Source: Methanoregula sp. (GTDB lineage Archaea; Halobacteriota; Methanomicrobia; Methanomicrobiales; Methanospirillaceae). From it: a stretch of 55,830 nucleotides of DNA. Shown here piece by piece: positions 1-9,368 of this stretch. The DNA is taken from NCBI GenBank assembly GCA_035256445.1, contig DATEXZ010000070.1, forward strand, positions 1 to 55,830, written 5' to 3'. How positions within the stretch are numbered: position 1 is the first letter of the stretch; the number at the start of each line of letters is the position of its first letter. The notes under the pieces are model-generated. The model was not told where the DNA came from, searched no databases, and was given only the letters and a program-made list of their open reading frames with translations. The translations under genes and the position numbers were made by a program.

Positions 1-491
1 GCAAAGAAGAGCACTGCGGAGAACGGGCAGAAACTCAGAGCGAAGATTACCCCGAGCAGGAACGCGCCCAAATATCCCTTGTCAGCGAGCCGTGCCGATA
101 TACCAGACGTGAACCCGGAGAGCCAGTTTCCCCCGGGCAGCCGGTCCAAAGCGAAAATACCGAGAAGATACATCCCGCACAGCACGAGAAACGGGCCGAG
201 CAATCTTTCACCGTAGTGCTGGAGTGTGAGTGCGATAATCCGGATGTTCATGCCGAAGAAAACGATAACGGAGGCGACTGCGATATACGCTGCCATCCTG
301 CCAAGCGTATACACGAACCCGGTGAGAAGGGTGTGCCGGCTGTTGTCAATTTTTTTCGAAATAAAGGCAATGGCGGTTATGTTGGTTGCAAGCGGGCAGG
401 GACTGATGGCAGTCATCAGCCCGAGAAAAAAAGCGGCGATGACGGGGACCGGACTATTCCCCATAGTCCCGAGGAATTGCAGAATATCCAT
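1..491 (-). CDS. ArsG-family (CcdA/DsbD-like) membrane protein, runs off the left window edge
   Basis: Not in the ORF track because it is truncated. Manual translation from ATG at 491 gives MDILQFLGTMGNSPVPVIAAFFLGLMTAISPCPLATNITAIAFIS. The SPCPLATN motif is typical of this family, and a later FCPFSA motif lies near positions 13-33. It starts 1 nt after the stop of the ArsF-like gene. Confidence 0.8.
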   Translation of the reverse strand, partial: MDILQFLGTMGNSPVPVIAAFFLGLMTAISPCPLATNITAIAFISKKIDNSRHTLLTGFVYTLGRMAAYIAVASVIVFFGMNIRIIALTLQHYGERLLGPFLVLCGMYLLGIFALDRLPGGNWLSGFTSGISARLADKGYLGAFLLGVIFALSFCPFSAVLFF

Positions 492-492
492 A

Positions 493-969
493 TCAGGAGA
501 GATCCCCGTTCAGGCGTCTGCTGATAATTCCCGAGAGATAAACCTCGTATGCTTCTTTATCATCGGTCAGGTACCAGACGTCCATATTCTGCTGTTTGTG
601 AAACCCGTTATTATCATAAATCCCAATCCAGAGCGACGAGCCGGTGACATTGTATTTTGTAGCAAGAGCGGCATTTTCCGGAAGATCGTAGTTCACATGA
701 GCGAACACGAGCCTGCCGGATGCGAGTTCATCCTTGAAATTTTCATTCACCGTCTTTTCTGCAAGGTCTCCGACTGCAATGCATGAAGCACATTGATGAT
801 CGCCGTGGAAATGATACATCTCGACCCGCTCAACCGTGCCGTTGGCACTGGTTGTGGAGAGCGGTGCTGAAGGTGCTGCACCCCCATGTGGGGATAAATC
901 GGTGCAACCGGAAGTTACCAGTAAAACGATAACAAGACACCCCGCAAAGAGAAAACGCGTCAGGTTCAT
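493..969 (-). CDS. ArsF-family thioredoxin-like lipoprotein
   Basis: Lipoprotein-like signal (LLVTSGC), HFHGDHQCASC (CxxC) motif, located between arsR and the arsG-like gene. Confidence 0.75.
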   Translation of the reverse strand: MNLTRFLFAGCLVIVLLVTSGCTDLSPHGGAAPSAPLSTTSANGTVERVEMYHFHGDHQCASCIAVGDLAEKTVNENFKDELASGRLVFAHVNYDLPENAALATKYNVTGSSLWIGIYDNNGFHKQQNMDVWYLTDDKEAYEVYLSGIISRRLNGDLS

Positions 970-986
970 GGTGCCTCCTCCCCCAT

Positions 987-1385
987 TTACATTCCCATAC
1001 GTTCAGTGCATTTCAGTGCCTGTCGTCCGCGATCGGTGATACTATAGATGATCCAGTTCCCCTGCTGTTCACCGACAATGAAGTCCTGTTCCTTAAGGAT
1101 ACTAAGATGGTAGGATAGTTTTGATGCCGCAATATTGACGATACCCTTGATAACACATACACAAAGGGGCTGTGCATGAAGTGCATTCAGAATGGTAAGC
1201 CGGATCGGATCTGCAAGTGCCTGATGCAACCGGCTGCTGGCAAGAAGTGCTGATACTTCTGGAATCCTTGAGATAAGTCCTTCCACCCCGCCCTGTTTTT
1301 CGAGATCCATCCTTATGGGTTCCGGGAGATCCTGCGTAAAAGTGCAGCAGTTTTTCTTTACGAGTGTAATCCGTCTCTGTGCCAT
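987..1385 (-). CDS. ArsR/SmtB family transcriptional regulator
   Basis: ALADPIRLTIL...LCVCVI...SKLSYHLSILK...GNWIIYSIT helix-turn-helix; N-terminal CC pair. Confidence 0.9.
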   Translation of the reverse strand: MAQRRITLVKKNCCTFTQDLPEPIRMDLEKQGGVEGLISRIPEVSALLASSRLHQALADPIRLTILNALHAQPLCVCVIKGIVNIAASKLSYHLSILKEQDFIVGEQQGNWIIYSITDRGRQALKCTERMGM

Positions 1386-1387
1386 AA

Positions 1388-1461
1388 GTAATTCAATTTA
1401 TTATGAAATAGCAACGTATTTAACACTGCCCTGCGTACAGTAATTCAACAAAATTTGAAGT
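1388..1461. promoter_or_regulatory. Two putative ArsR operators (TTCA-N8-TGAA) in the divergent promoter
   Basis: gtaaTTCAatttattaTGAAat (1388-1409) and gtaaTTCAacaaaattTGAAgt (1440-1461), 52 bp apart, between divergent arsR and the permease. Confidence 0.6.
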
Positions 1462-1528
1462 GATATGGAACAGTAAATGCTATGGATGACCAGACCGAAA
1501 TTCTACACAACAACGGGGAAATAATCTC

Positions 1529-2599
1529 ATGGCTGATCCAATAACCGGCTCACTCCTGCTGGGATGGGAAACCCTGTTCGGGTATCTCTCGCAGCATGTC
1601 GTCACCTGCCTGATCCCGGCGTTCTTTATCGCTGGTGCGATCGCATCGTTTATCAAGAAAGAAGCGATCCTGAAATATTTCAGTCCGGAAACGAAGAAAA
1701 CTACATCTTATGGAATTGCATCAGTTTCGGGTGCCATCCTTGCGGTGTGTAGCTGCACAATTCTCCCGATGTTTGCCGGTATCCTCAAGAAAGGAAGCGG
1801 ACTCGGGCCGGCAATTACGTTTCTTTATGCAGGACCGGCCATCAATGTCCTTGCCATTGTCTATACAGCAAAAGTGCTCGGGTTCGATCTCGGTATTGCC
1901 CGGGCGGTGGCGGCGATTATACTCTCGATTGTGATAGGGCTGATAATGATGAAACTGTTTCCGCAGCAGGATGTGGAGACAACAAAGACATTCGGGGCAG
2001 CCCGGAAAGCGGCATTGGCCTGTGCAGATACCCGGCCAACATGGGTTATCCCTGTTTTTTTTATCTTCCTGATCGCAATCCTCCTGATCGGCACGTCTGC
2101 ACTCGATGTCTTCCTCCGGCTCCTGATCGTGTATTTCCTTTCCATGGGAGTTGCCTTCCTGCTCATCTTCTACTTCACTCGGGATGAGATAACCGACTGG
2201 GGACTCGAGATCTGGGACCTGACCAAGAAGATCTTCCCCATCCTGGTCATCGGTACGTTTGCCTTAGGTGTCCTCGCATTCTTCCTCCCCCCGGAATCGT
2301 TCAAACCGTTCTTCGGCACCAACTCTCTGCTGGCAAACTTCCTTGCTGCGATTGTCGGTGCGATCCTCTATATGCCTACGCTTCTTGAAGTACCGATCAT
2401 TGGCACGACACTTGGTTATCTCACCGGTGATATGGCAAAAGGTCCGGCGCTCTCCCTGCTCCTCACCGGACCAAGCGTCAGCCTCCCGAGCCTGCTTGTG
2501 TTATATCGGATTATTGGAGGGAAGAAGACGCTTGCATATGCAGCTCTGGTCGTCGGATTTTCGACCATTGCCGGATTCCTCTTCGGGAATTTCTTTTAA
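1529..2599 (+). CDS. ArsP-type (DUF318) permease
   Basis: Multi-TM protein with AVCSCTILP, GPAINV and GPSVSLP motifs; divergent from arsR. Confidence 0.88.
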   Translation: MADPITGSLLLGWETLFGYLSQHVVTCLIPAFFIAGAIASFIKKEAILKYFSPETKKTTSYGIASVSGAILAVCSCTILPMFAGILKKGSGLGPAITFLYAGPAINVLAIVYTAKVLGFDLGIARAVAAIILSIVIGLIMMKLFPQQDVETTKTFGAARKAALACADTRPTWVIPVFFIFLIAILLIGTSALDVFLRLLIVYFLSMGVAFLLIFYFTRDEITDWGLEIWDLTKKIFPILVIGTFALGVLAFFLPPESFKPFFGTNSLLANFLAAIVGAILYMPTLLEVPIIGTTLGYLTGDMAKGPALSLLLTGPSVSLPSLLVLYRIIGGKKTLAYAALVVGFSTIAGFLFGNFF

Positions 2600-2611
2600 G
2601 GTGAAGAACGT

Positions 2612-2890
2612 ATGAGCGATGATAAACCCTGCTGTTCTGCTGATGCGCTCCGTCGCATCCGGCAGGTAAAGATTAACGGGATTATGACGGGCATCACGAT
2701 GCTCGATGAGAGCATTGCTGAAGTAAAAGCACAGAATCTTGCGAGTGAACCGGAGATCCTCACCGCGCTGATGAAAAAGATAAAGATCTATAACTACGTC
2801 CCGAAGGGTGTTGAAGCAGAATATGCCCGTGCCCTTATGGAAGAATATAAGAAATCCATCACAAAAAGTAATACAAAAAAAATTGAATAA
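2612..2890 (+). CDS. Small hypothetical protein with N-terminal CC (ars cluster)
   Basis: GGTGA RBS, in operon; KPCC start; NYVPK motif. Confidence 0.7.
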   Translation: MSDDKPCCSADALRRIRQVKINGIMTGITMLDESIAEVKAQNLASEPEILTALMKKIKIYNYVPKGVEAEYARALMEEYKKSITKSNTKKIE

Positions 2891-2904
2891 CTTCAGGAAA
2901 TATC

Positions 2905-3141
2905 ATGACAAAAATCGAAATTCTCGGAACCGGCTGCGCCAAGTGCAAACGGCTCTTTGCCAATGCCGAACAGGCGGTAAAGGACCTGAAGATCACAGCA
3001 GATGTGATCAAGGTCGAGGACCTTGACGAGATCGTGAACCGGGGTGTTATGCTCACACCGGCACTTTTCATCAACGGGGAACTGGTGGCAGAAGGGCGGG
3101 TGCCCTGTGTGGAAGAGATTATGGCGATGCTTAAGGAGTGA
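2905..3141 (+). CDS. Small redox-active disulfide protein (MTH895-type thioredoxin)
   Basis: KIEILGTGCAKC...GVMLTPALFING...GRVP, the Thioredoxin_3 pattern. Confidence 0.92.
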   Translation: MTKIEILGTGCAKCKRLFANAEQAVKDLKITADVIKVEDLDEIVNRGVMLTPALFINGELVAEGRVPCVEEIMAMLKE

Positions 3142-3147
3142 AAAAAA

Positions 3148-3612
3148 ATGGCAGAAACACCCTCATGTTCATGCGGACAGAACGAACCAAAACGGATCAT
3201 CTTTCCCTGCGCCGGTCAGGCGAATGTCGGACAGCTGACGAACCTTGCGGCTCTCCAGCTGACTGAGGAAGGCTATGGAAATATTGCCTGTGTGGCCCTC
3301 CTTGCGATCGGTGCCGAAAGCCTGGTTGCCAATGCACTGAATGCAGATGAAGTTGTTATTCTCGATGGCTGTCCGATGCTCTGTGCGAAAAAGATTGCCG
3401 GTGCACAGGGTATTCCGGCGGGACAACACCTGGTCATGACCGAACTCGGCATCACCAAAGGCCCCTCGAAGAACTACACGGATGACGATATTGAGAAGAT
3501 CGTCGCCGCGTGCTGGAAAGGTGAAGGCAGGAAGAAGGATTCGGCGAAACCGGGGAAAAAGAGCGGTGGAAACGACAGCGGGTGCGGCTGCGGGTGCGGC
3601 GGGACCTGCTAA
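3148..3612 (+). CDS. DGC-domain putative zinc-binding protein with Cys-rich tail
   Basis: FPCAGQANVGQ...LDGCPMLCAKK; C-terminal GCGCGCGGTC. Confidence 0.88.
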   Translation: MAETPSCSCGQNEPKRIIFPCAGQANVGQLTNLAALQLTEEGYGNIACVALLAIGAESLVANALNADEVVILDGCPMLCAKKIAGAQGIPAGQHLVMTELGITKGPSKNYTDDDIEKIVAACWKGEGRKKDSAKPGKKSGGNDSGCGCGCGGTC

Positions 3613-3932
3613 AGGACACGGGGCGACCTGAAACGACTGACGAAGACGAGATCCGTGCATGGACGGAAGAGTACGCAAAAAAGAACGGCTGGGTGCTGAA
3701 CCCGGACAAAAAGGTACTCACCACCGTCATCCGGGGACTGGCACGCAATAAGAAGAAGTTCGGGGAGCAGTACTGCCCATGCCGGCTCCGGTCCGGTGAC
3801 AGGGAGAAGGACCGGGCGATCATCTGCCCCTGTATCTACCATAAGGATGAGATCGCGCAGGACGGGCACTGCCACTGCCAGCTTTACTACCGGAAAGATG
3901 CCGCAGAACATGTGGATGAGGAACAAACGTGA
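3582..3932 (+). CDS. Ferredoxin:thioredoxin reductase catalytic subunit (start uncertain)
   Basis: GWVLNPD...GLARNKKKFG.QYCPCR...ICPC...GHCHCQLY, the CPC/CPC/CHC [4Fe-4S] plus disulfide signature. There is no in-frame ATG before the domain. Confidence 0.88.
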   Translation: MRLRVRRDLLKDTGRPETTDEDEIRAWTEEYAKKNGWVLNPDKKVLTTVIRGLARNKKKFGEQYCPCRLRSGDREKDRAIICPCIYHKDEIAQDGHCHCQLYYRKDAAEHVDEEQT

Positions 3933-4279
3933 CCTTCGCCCTTGTCACCTGTTCCGGCATCTCGAATACCGGGAAACTGACAACGCAGGCAGCGCTCACC
4001 CTGCTCCAGCGCAGGCCGGGATACTATGTCTGGATGCATGCCAGACAGTCCACCGCAACACTCGAAGAGGAAATCGGGGACGCAGAGCAGGTGATTGTCA
4101 TTGACGGGTGCACAGACTGCTGCGCGAAGAAGAAACTCTCCTCATCCCGCCTCACACCCGATTGTCATATCATTGCAACTGATCTGGGTATCGTAAAGAA
4201 CGGGATGGGTGAAGTACAGTATGATGAAATCGAAAAAGTTGTCCGTGCTGTCATGAACAACGGGAGTAAAAAAGAATGA
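3929..4279 (+). CDS. Second DGC-domain protein
   Basis: VTCSGISNTGK...IDGCTDCCAKK; GTGA overlap with the previous stop. Confidence 0.85.
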   Translation: MTFALVTCSGISNTGKLTTQAALTLLQRRPGYYVWMHARQSTATLEEEIGDAEQVIVIDGCTDCCAKKKLSSSRLTPDCHIIATDLGIVKNGMGEVQYDEIEKVVRAVMNNGSKKE

Positions 4280-5097
4280 ACATACCACGTTACAAGCGTC
4301 TTGAGATTGAATGGAAACATTTTGCTGTCGGCGATGCGACCTGTGAGCGGTGTGGTAATACCGGGGAATCTCTTCGTATGGTTATCGAAGAACTAAGGCG
4401 TGAGTTTGCACCTGCAGGAGTGAAGATCAACCTGACCGAGACGCTCCTTGATAAAAACCGGATAGCGGAGTCGAACGAGATCCGCATGAACGGGATGTTA
4501 ATCGAAGACCTGCTTGCCGCCGGAGTCGTTTCGACCGACTGCCCCTCCTGCGGTACGTTTGCGGGCGAGAGCACCTGCTGCCGTGCGATCGAGATCGGTG
4601 ATGAACGGTATGAGGACATCCCGCCAGAGATGATCAGGAAAGCAGCGTACCTTGCGCTGGGTGTGAGTGTCCCCCAGACGGCGACAAGCGCCATTGAACC
4701 CACGAAGAAAGAACTCGTCATCGAATGGCAGCATATTGGTGCTGATATTTCCACTACCTGCGAACGGTGTGCGGCGACCGGTACCTCGCTGCACCAGGTG
4801 CTGAAGGATTTGAAACCGTATTTTGAACAGAAGAATATTCACGTGAATGTGAAAGAGACGGTACTGCCTCCCGAGAAGTTACCGGATTCGAACCGGATCC
4901 TGATTAACGGCAAAGCCCTGGAGGACTACCTTGCACATGCACAGGTAAAACAGACTCCGTGCTGCTCCTGCGCATGCATGGTGGGACAAGAGTCAGTTGA
5001 GTGCAGGGCAATTGAAACCCCGGACGGATTGTTTGAAGCTCTTCCGTCAGATCTGATTCGGCAGATTATGGTGAAAGCCTCCGAAGAACTGACATAA
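4276..5097 (+). CDS. Tandem DUF2703 (thioredoxin-like) protein
   Basis: Two copies of IEW.H...TCERC..TG...SN.I..NG..+E..L...C..C...CRAIE; ATGA overlap. Confidence 0.85.
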   Translation: MNIPRYKRLEIEWKHFAVGDATCERCGNTGESLRMVIEELRREFAPAGVKINLTETLLDKNRIAESNEIRMNGMLIEDLLAAGVVSTDCPSCGTFAGESTCCRAIEIGDERYEDIPPEMIRKAAYLALGVSVPQTATSAIEPTKKELVIEWQHIGADISTTCERCAATGTSLHQVLKDLKPYFEQKNIHVNVKETVLPPEKLPDSNRILINGKALEDYLAHAQVKQTPCCSCACMVGQESVECRAIETPDGLFEALPSDLIRQIMVKASEELT

Positions 5098-5433
5098 CAA
5101 CCGGATAGTCTGCGCTACAGGAAACCCGAGAATTCTGCATGGAGAATCCCGCTTTTCTATCCCCAACGTTTCCTGCCGGGAACCAAACGTGCGAGCCGGG
5201 CATGTTCACGGATAAAGAAACAGATTGAAACACTTGTGGTACGCAACCTTGAGAACCTCCGGTGGGAAACCTGCAGAAGATCAATACTGCTGGTGCAGTT
5301 TACGTCTAGTTTTCAGGGTACTCATGATAGACTATAGGCACTGGTATACCACTTGCTTATCAATTGGTTAACATATTGAAGTTTACAAATTAAAAAAGAA
5401 ACAATTTTTATTGATAATCACAGATCTAGTGTC

Positions 5434-6474
5434 ATGAAAGGATTGAATGGCATGAAAAAGTTCTCCGTTTTATCACTGGGCATCCTGCTGATAATTCTCC
5501 TTGTCGGAGGAGTATTTATATCCGGATGTACAACAACCCAACCAGGCCCGACTGTGACTACTGTAATAACCACGCCGCCGACAACGGCAGCTGTTGAAAA
5601 GCCAAAGCTCCTCATTGCGACGACAACAAGCCTGTACGATACCAAACTTCTGGACTACCTCGAACCCAAGTTCGAATCGCAATACAATGTCGATATCCAG
5701 ATCACATCGCAGGGTACCGGTAAGGCAATTGAAATTGCCAAGAAAGGTGATGCGGATGTACTGCTCGTTCATTCACCGTCCCAGGAACTGGCATTCGTGA
5801 AGGATGGTTTTGGTATTAACCGCCGATCGTTTGCTTCGAACTACTTCCTTGTTGTGGGACCTTCGGCAGATCCAGCGGGCATAAGAAATATGACGCCAGA
5901 GAAGGCCTTTACTACCCTCCATCAGAAAGGTACGAACAACACGGCAGGTGTCTTCTTCGTATCCCGCGGTGATGCCTCCGGGACTCACACGGCCGAGAAA
6001 GCAATCTGGTCCAAAGCCAGTTTCAATTACACAACCAGTATTGTGAAATCAGGTGCCTGGTATATTGAGGCCGGGAAAGGCATGGGAGAAACCCTGCAGA
6101 TGGCAAGTGAAAAAAAGGCTTACACCTTCACTGATGAAGGGACGTATCTTTCTTACAAGAGTAACCTGCAACTCGTCCCGATCATCTCGGAAGGGTCGAG
6201 CCTGCTCAATATCTACAGTGTCATGACCGTGTACAATGACAAGCAGCCGGTCGAAAAGATCCAGATGGCAAACAATTTCATCAATTTCCTGATCTCGAAT
6301 CAGACCCAGGCTGATATCGCCAACTATGGCGTGGACAAGTATGGCAAGGCTTTATTCACCCCGATGAGTGTTAAAGTTCCGACTGCGCCTGCAGGTAACG
6401 TAGGTGATTACCGCACACTGGCAACGGATCTCAAACCCCCAGCTGCGGTATCAAACACAACTGCAGCAAAATAA
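5434..6474 (+). CDS. tupA: Tungstate ABC transporter substrate-binding lipoprotein
   Basis: ATTTSLYDT, GTGKA, DADVLLVH and FVSRGDASGTH motifs. Alternative start at 5452. Confidence 0.92.
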   Translation: MKGLNGMKKFSVLSLGILLIILLVGGVFISGCTTTQPGPTVTTVITTPPTTAAVEKPKLLIATTTSLYDTKLLDYLEPKFESQYNVDIQITSQGTGKAIEIAKKGDADVLLVHSPSQELAFVKDGFGINRRSFASNYFLVVGPSADPAGIRNMTPEKAFTTLHQKGTNNTAGVFFVSRGDASGTHTAEKAIWSKASFNYTTSIVKSGAWYIEAGKGMGETLQMASEKKAYTFTDEGTYLSYKSNLQLVPIISEGSSLLNIYSVMTVYNDKQPVEKIQMANNFINFLISNQTQADIANYGVDKYGKALFTPMSVKVPTAPAGNVGDYRTLATDLKPPAAVSNTTAAK

Positions 6475-6833
6475 CTTTCTCTTTTTTCCAGACAAACAGC
6501 AGACTGAAAAATTTTGATGCAGTCGTACACCGGGCGTTGACAGATGATACCAGTGGGACGGCAAGGGAAATTGTCCCGAAATCACCTAACGAGCTGCAAG
6601 CTCTGAAAAGAGAATTTCATTGAAGTTGCGGGCAGCGGGAACTCCATTGGGTAATAGGCATCAGGCATTCTTATTTTCGATACATTCCTTGTTCCCGACA
6701 ATCTCAATCAAGATAATATACAAAAATTGTTTACCAATCATTAAAATAAAGTAAGGTTGATGATTAGAATTAATCTTTTTACTGAACTGAAGATTCGATG
6801 AAATCAGAAAACAGAAACTAAGGTGTCCCAGCA

Positions 6834-7562
6834 ATGAGCGAGATAGTATCGGGATTTTTCCAGGCTGTCAACCTGATCGTCACTCTTAACCCCGAAGTGA
6901 TGCAGATTGCCGCACTCTCCCTTTTTATTTCGCTTGCGGCAACAGTCATTGCAGCAACAATTGCCATACCTCTTGGCGGACTCATCCATTTTCACGAATT
7001 CCGGGGCAAACGTATGCTCATCGTCCTCATCCAGACCCTCTACTCAGTCCCTACTGTTGTAGTTGGCCTGGTACTCTATCTCCTGCTCTCACGGAGTGGG
7101 CCGCTCGGGATATTCGGGCTTCTTTTCACACCAGAAGGTATGATCGTAGGCCAGACCGTCCTGATTATTCCTATCCTGACGGGACTTGTCATTGCCTCGC
7201 TGGGGGGAATCGACCGGAATATCAGCGATACCCTCATCTCGTTAGGCGCAACCAGCTTCCAGACCATCGTCCAGATTGTGAAAGAAGCGCGTCTTGCGAT
7301 CCTCAGTGCCGTAGTCCTCGGCTTTGGCCGGGCAATCTCCGAAGTGGGTGTTGCCATGATGATCGGGGGTAATATCCGGGGTGCGACACGGGTCCTGACT
7401 ACTGCGATTGCTTTGCAGACCGGCATAGGCGATTTTCCTTTCTCGATCGCCCTCGGTCTCATCCTGCTTCTGATAGCCCTCGTTGTCGTTATTATCATGA
7501 ATCTTATTACGTCGGGCCTCTCGGTTGAGACACAGCAGGTGCTTGGAGGGCCGCGTACTTGA
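6834..7562 (+). CDS. tupB: Tungstate ABC transporter permease
   Basis: PTVVVGL, GFGRAISEVG..MMIGGNI...TRVLTTAI motifs. Confidence 0.92.
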   Translation: MSEIVSGFFQAVNLIVTLNPEVMQIAALSLFISLAATVIAATIAIPLGGLIHFHEFRGKRMLIVLIQTLYSVPTVVVGLVLYLLLSRSGPLGIFGLLFTPEGMIVGQTVLIIPILTGLVIASLGGIDRNISDTLISLGATSFQTIVQIVKEARLAILSAVVLGFGRAISEVGVAMMIGGNIRGATRVLTTAIALQTGIGDFPFSIALGLILLLIALVVVIIMNLITSGLSVETQQVLGGPRT

Positions 7563-8644
7563 TCAGGATAACAAGTCTTTCGCGCCAGGCGGGCATGAAA
7601 ACAATTCTTGAATCGATCGATCTCGAGATCCACAAGGGTGAGATCTTTACTTTTATCGGACCAAGCGGGAGCGGAAAGACGTCACTTCTGCGTCTTATCG
7701 ATCTTCTCGATATGCCCACAACCGGCACCATCATGTTCGACGGTATCGATACTGCTGCACCGAATACGGTCCGGCTATCTATCCGCAGGCGCATGGCGAT
7801 GGTCTTCCAGAAACCCGCGGTCCTGAACACAACTGTAGCCAACAATGTTGCGTTCGGGCTGAAGTTCCGGGATATTGAAAAATCAGAGATTGATTCGCGA
7901 GTGCATGAGGCGCTCGATATCGTCGGGCTTTTGCATCTTGCAGATCGGAAAGCAGTCACGCTCTCCGGCGGAGAAATGCAGCGCGTGGCGATTGCCCGGG
8001 CACTTGTCACCCGTCCTGAGGTGCTGCTCCTGGATGAACCAACGGCAAATCTGGATCCTGTCAACACCGAGTTAATTGAGAATCTGATCAGACACATTCA
8101 CCAGCGCTTTCATACTACCATCATTCTTTCCACCCACGATATGATCCAGGGCCAGCGCCTCGCGGACAGAATAGGGGTTATCATGAATGGGCGTATTGCC
8201 CAGGTGGGGTCACTCCACGATATATTTTACCGCCCGCACGGCAGGGATATCGCCCGGTTTGTCGGCATCGATACGATATTAAAAGGGGTTGTGGCATCCA
8301 ACGAAGGAGGGCTTGCCAATATCGCTGTCAGCAACGTAGCTCTGGAAGCGATCACGCCCTGCAAACCCGGTACGCACGTAACTCTGTTCATTCGCCCGGA
8401 AGAAGTCACCATCGCGCTCAGGGATGGAGATCAGTCCAGGACCAGTGTAAGAAACAAGCTGGCAGGAACGATCACAAAAATGGTACCATTCGGACCTTTT
8501 CTCCGGGTAACTCTCGACTTCGGCTCGCCCCTGACTGCACTGGTGACCCGCAGATCCGCTGACGAGTTATCACTTGCTGTTGGCACGAACGTGATCGCAG
8601 GTATCAAAGCCACTGCCATTCATGTTCTTGCCGACAATGGATGA
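7559..8644 (+). CDS. tupC: Tungstate ABC transporter ATPase with C-terminal TOBE domain
   Basis: GPSGSGKT, LSGGEMQR, LLLDEP; TOBE-like SVRNKL...IKATAIH; TTG start overlapping the tupB stop. Confidence 0.9.
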   Translation: MIRITSLSRQAGMKTILESIDLEIHKGEIFTFIGPSGSGKTSLLRLIDLLDMPTTGTIMFDGIDTAAPNTVRLSIRRRMAMVFQKPAVLNTTVANNVAFGLKFRDIEKSEIDSRVHEALDIVGLLHLADRKAVTLSGGEMQRVAIARALVTRPEVLLLDEPTANLDPVNTELIENLIRHIHQRFHTTIILSTHDMIQGQRLADRIGVIMNGRIAQVGSLHDIFYRPHGRDIARFVGIDTILKGVVASNEGGLANIAVSNVALEAITPCKPGTHVTLFIRPEEVTIALRDGDQSRTSVRNKLAGTITKMVPFGPFLRVTLDFGSPLTALVTRRSADELSLAVGTNVIAGIKATAIHVLADNG

Positions 8645-8927
8645 ACCGGGTTTCCATTTCGGTGTATATAAAAAACTTAAAAAAAAATTTGGCAGCGATG
8701 CAATAAAAATCGTGGATAAAAATTGGTAATGAGACAGAAATATTCATGACCGTGGCAATGAAGGGAAGAACCTTGAGAAACTGTCCATTTTTCTGACGGT
8801 CTGATATTGCTATAGTTTTTTTTATTAATCAAACATTTTTGTTATTAATTTACAATTAACAATTTGTGCTCTCGTCAATAAAACCATAGTTTTTTATTGA
8901 TTATAAGGCAACTATCACTGATCGAAT

Positions 8928-9347
8928 ATGGGAAGCAACCAGGATATCATGCATAACTTTGCCAGGCAGGAGATCAACCGGTTTTTCTCCTCGTACGACG
9001 GCTGGACAATTACTCCCCTGCCCGAGGCAGGAGGATATGACCGGCTATTTACTGCTGAACGAACTACCGTTTCCGGAAACAAAGAATCCAAAAAAGTCCT
9101 TGTCTCGTTTGAAAAGTGCGTAAAAAAAGAGAAAATCGAAGGATTACGTTCCAGTGTAACCGGGCCTTATGGACAAGTCCAGATGAGTGAAGTCCTCGTT
9201 ATTGTTCCGCAAAATTCAGACACCACCTGCGTACCTTCTGATGTGAGATTGTCGTTCATGAACTCTTTTGCCTTTGATGGTGATGAACTGGCATGGACGA
9301 AAAAACCTGTTCAGAAATCCGAAGAAGAGAAAGCGAAAGCAAAGTAA
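8928..9347 (+). CDS. Hypothetical protein
   Basis: 139-aa ATG ORF with an AT-rich promoter-like region upstream and a hairpin downstream. Confidence 0.75.
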   Translation: MGSNQDIMHNFARQEINRFFSSYDGWTITPLPEAGGYDRLFTAERTTVSGNKESKKVLVSFEKCVKKEKIEGLRSSVTGPYGQVQMSEVLVIVPQNSDTTCVPSDVRLSFMNSFAFDGDELAWTKKPVQKSEEEKAKAK

Positions 9348-9368
9348 CGGTACAATACGATAGGGTGA

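Noticed and set aside
2905-5097. Selenocysteine or pyrrolysine read-through in the redox genes
   Set aside because: All redox motifs use Cys codons, and the stops fall at expected domain ends next to downstream starts.
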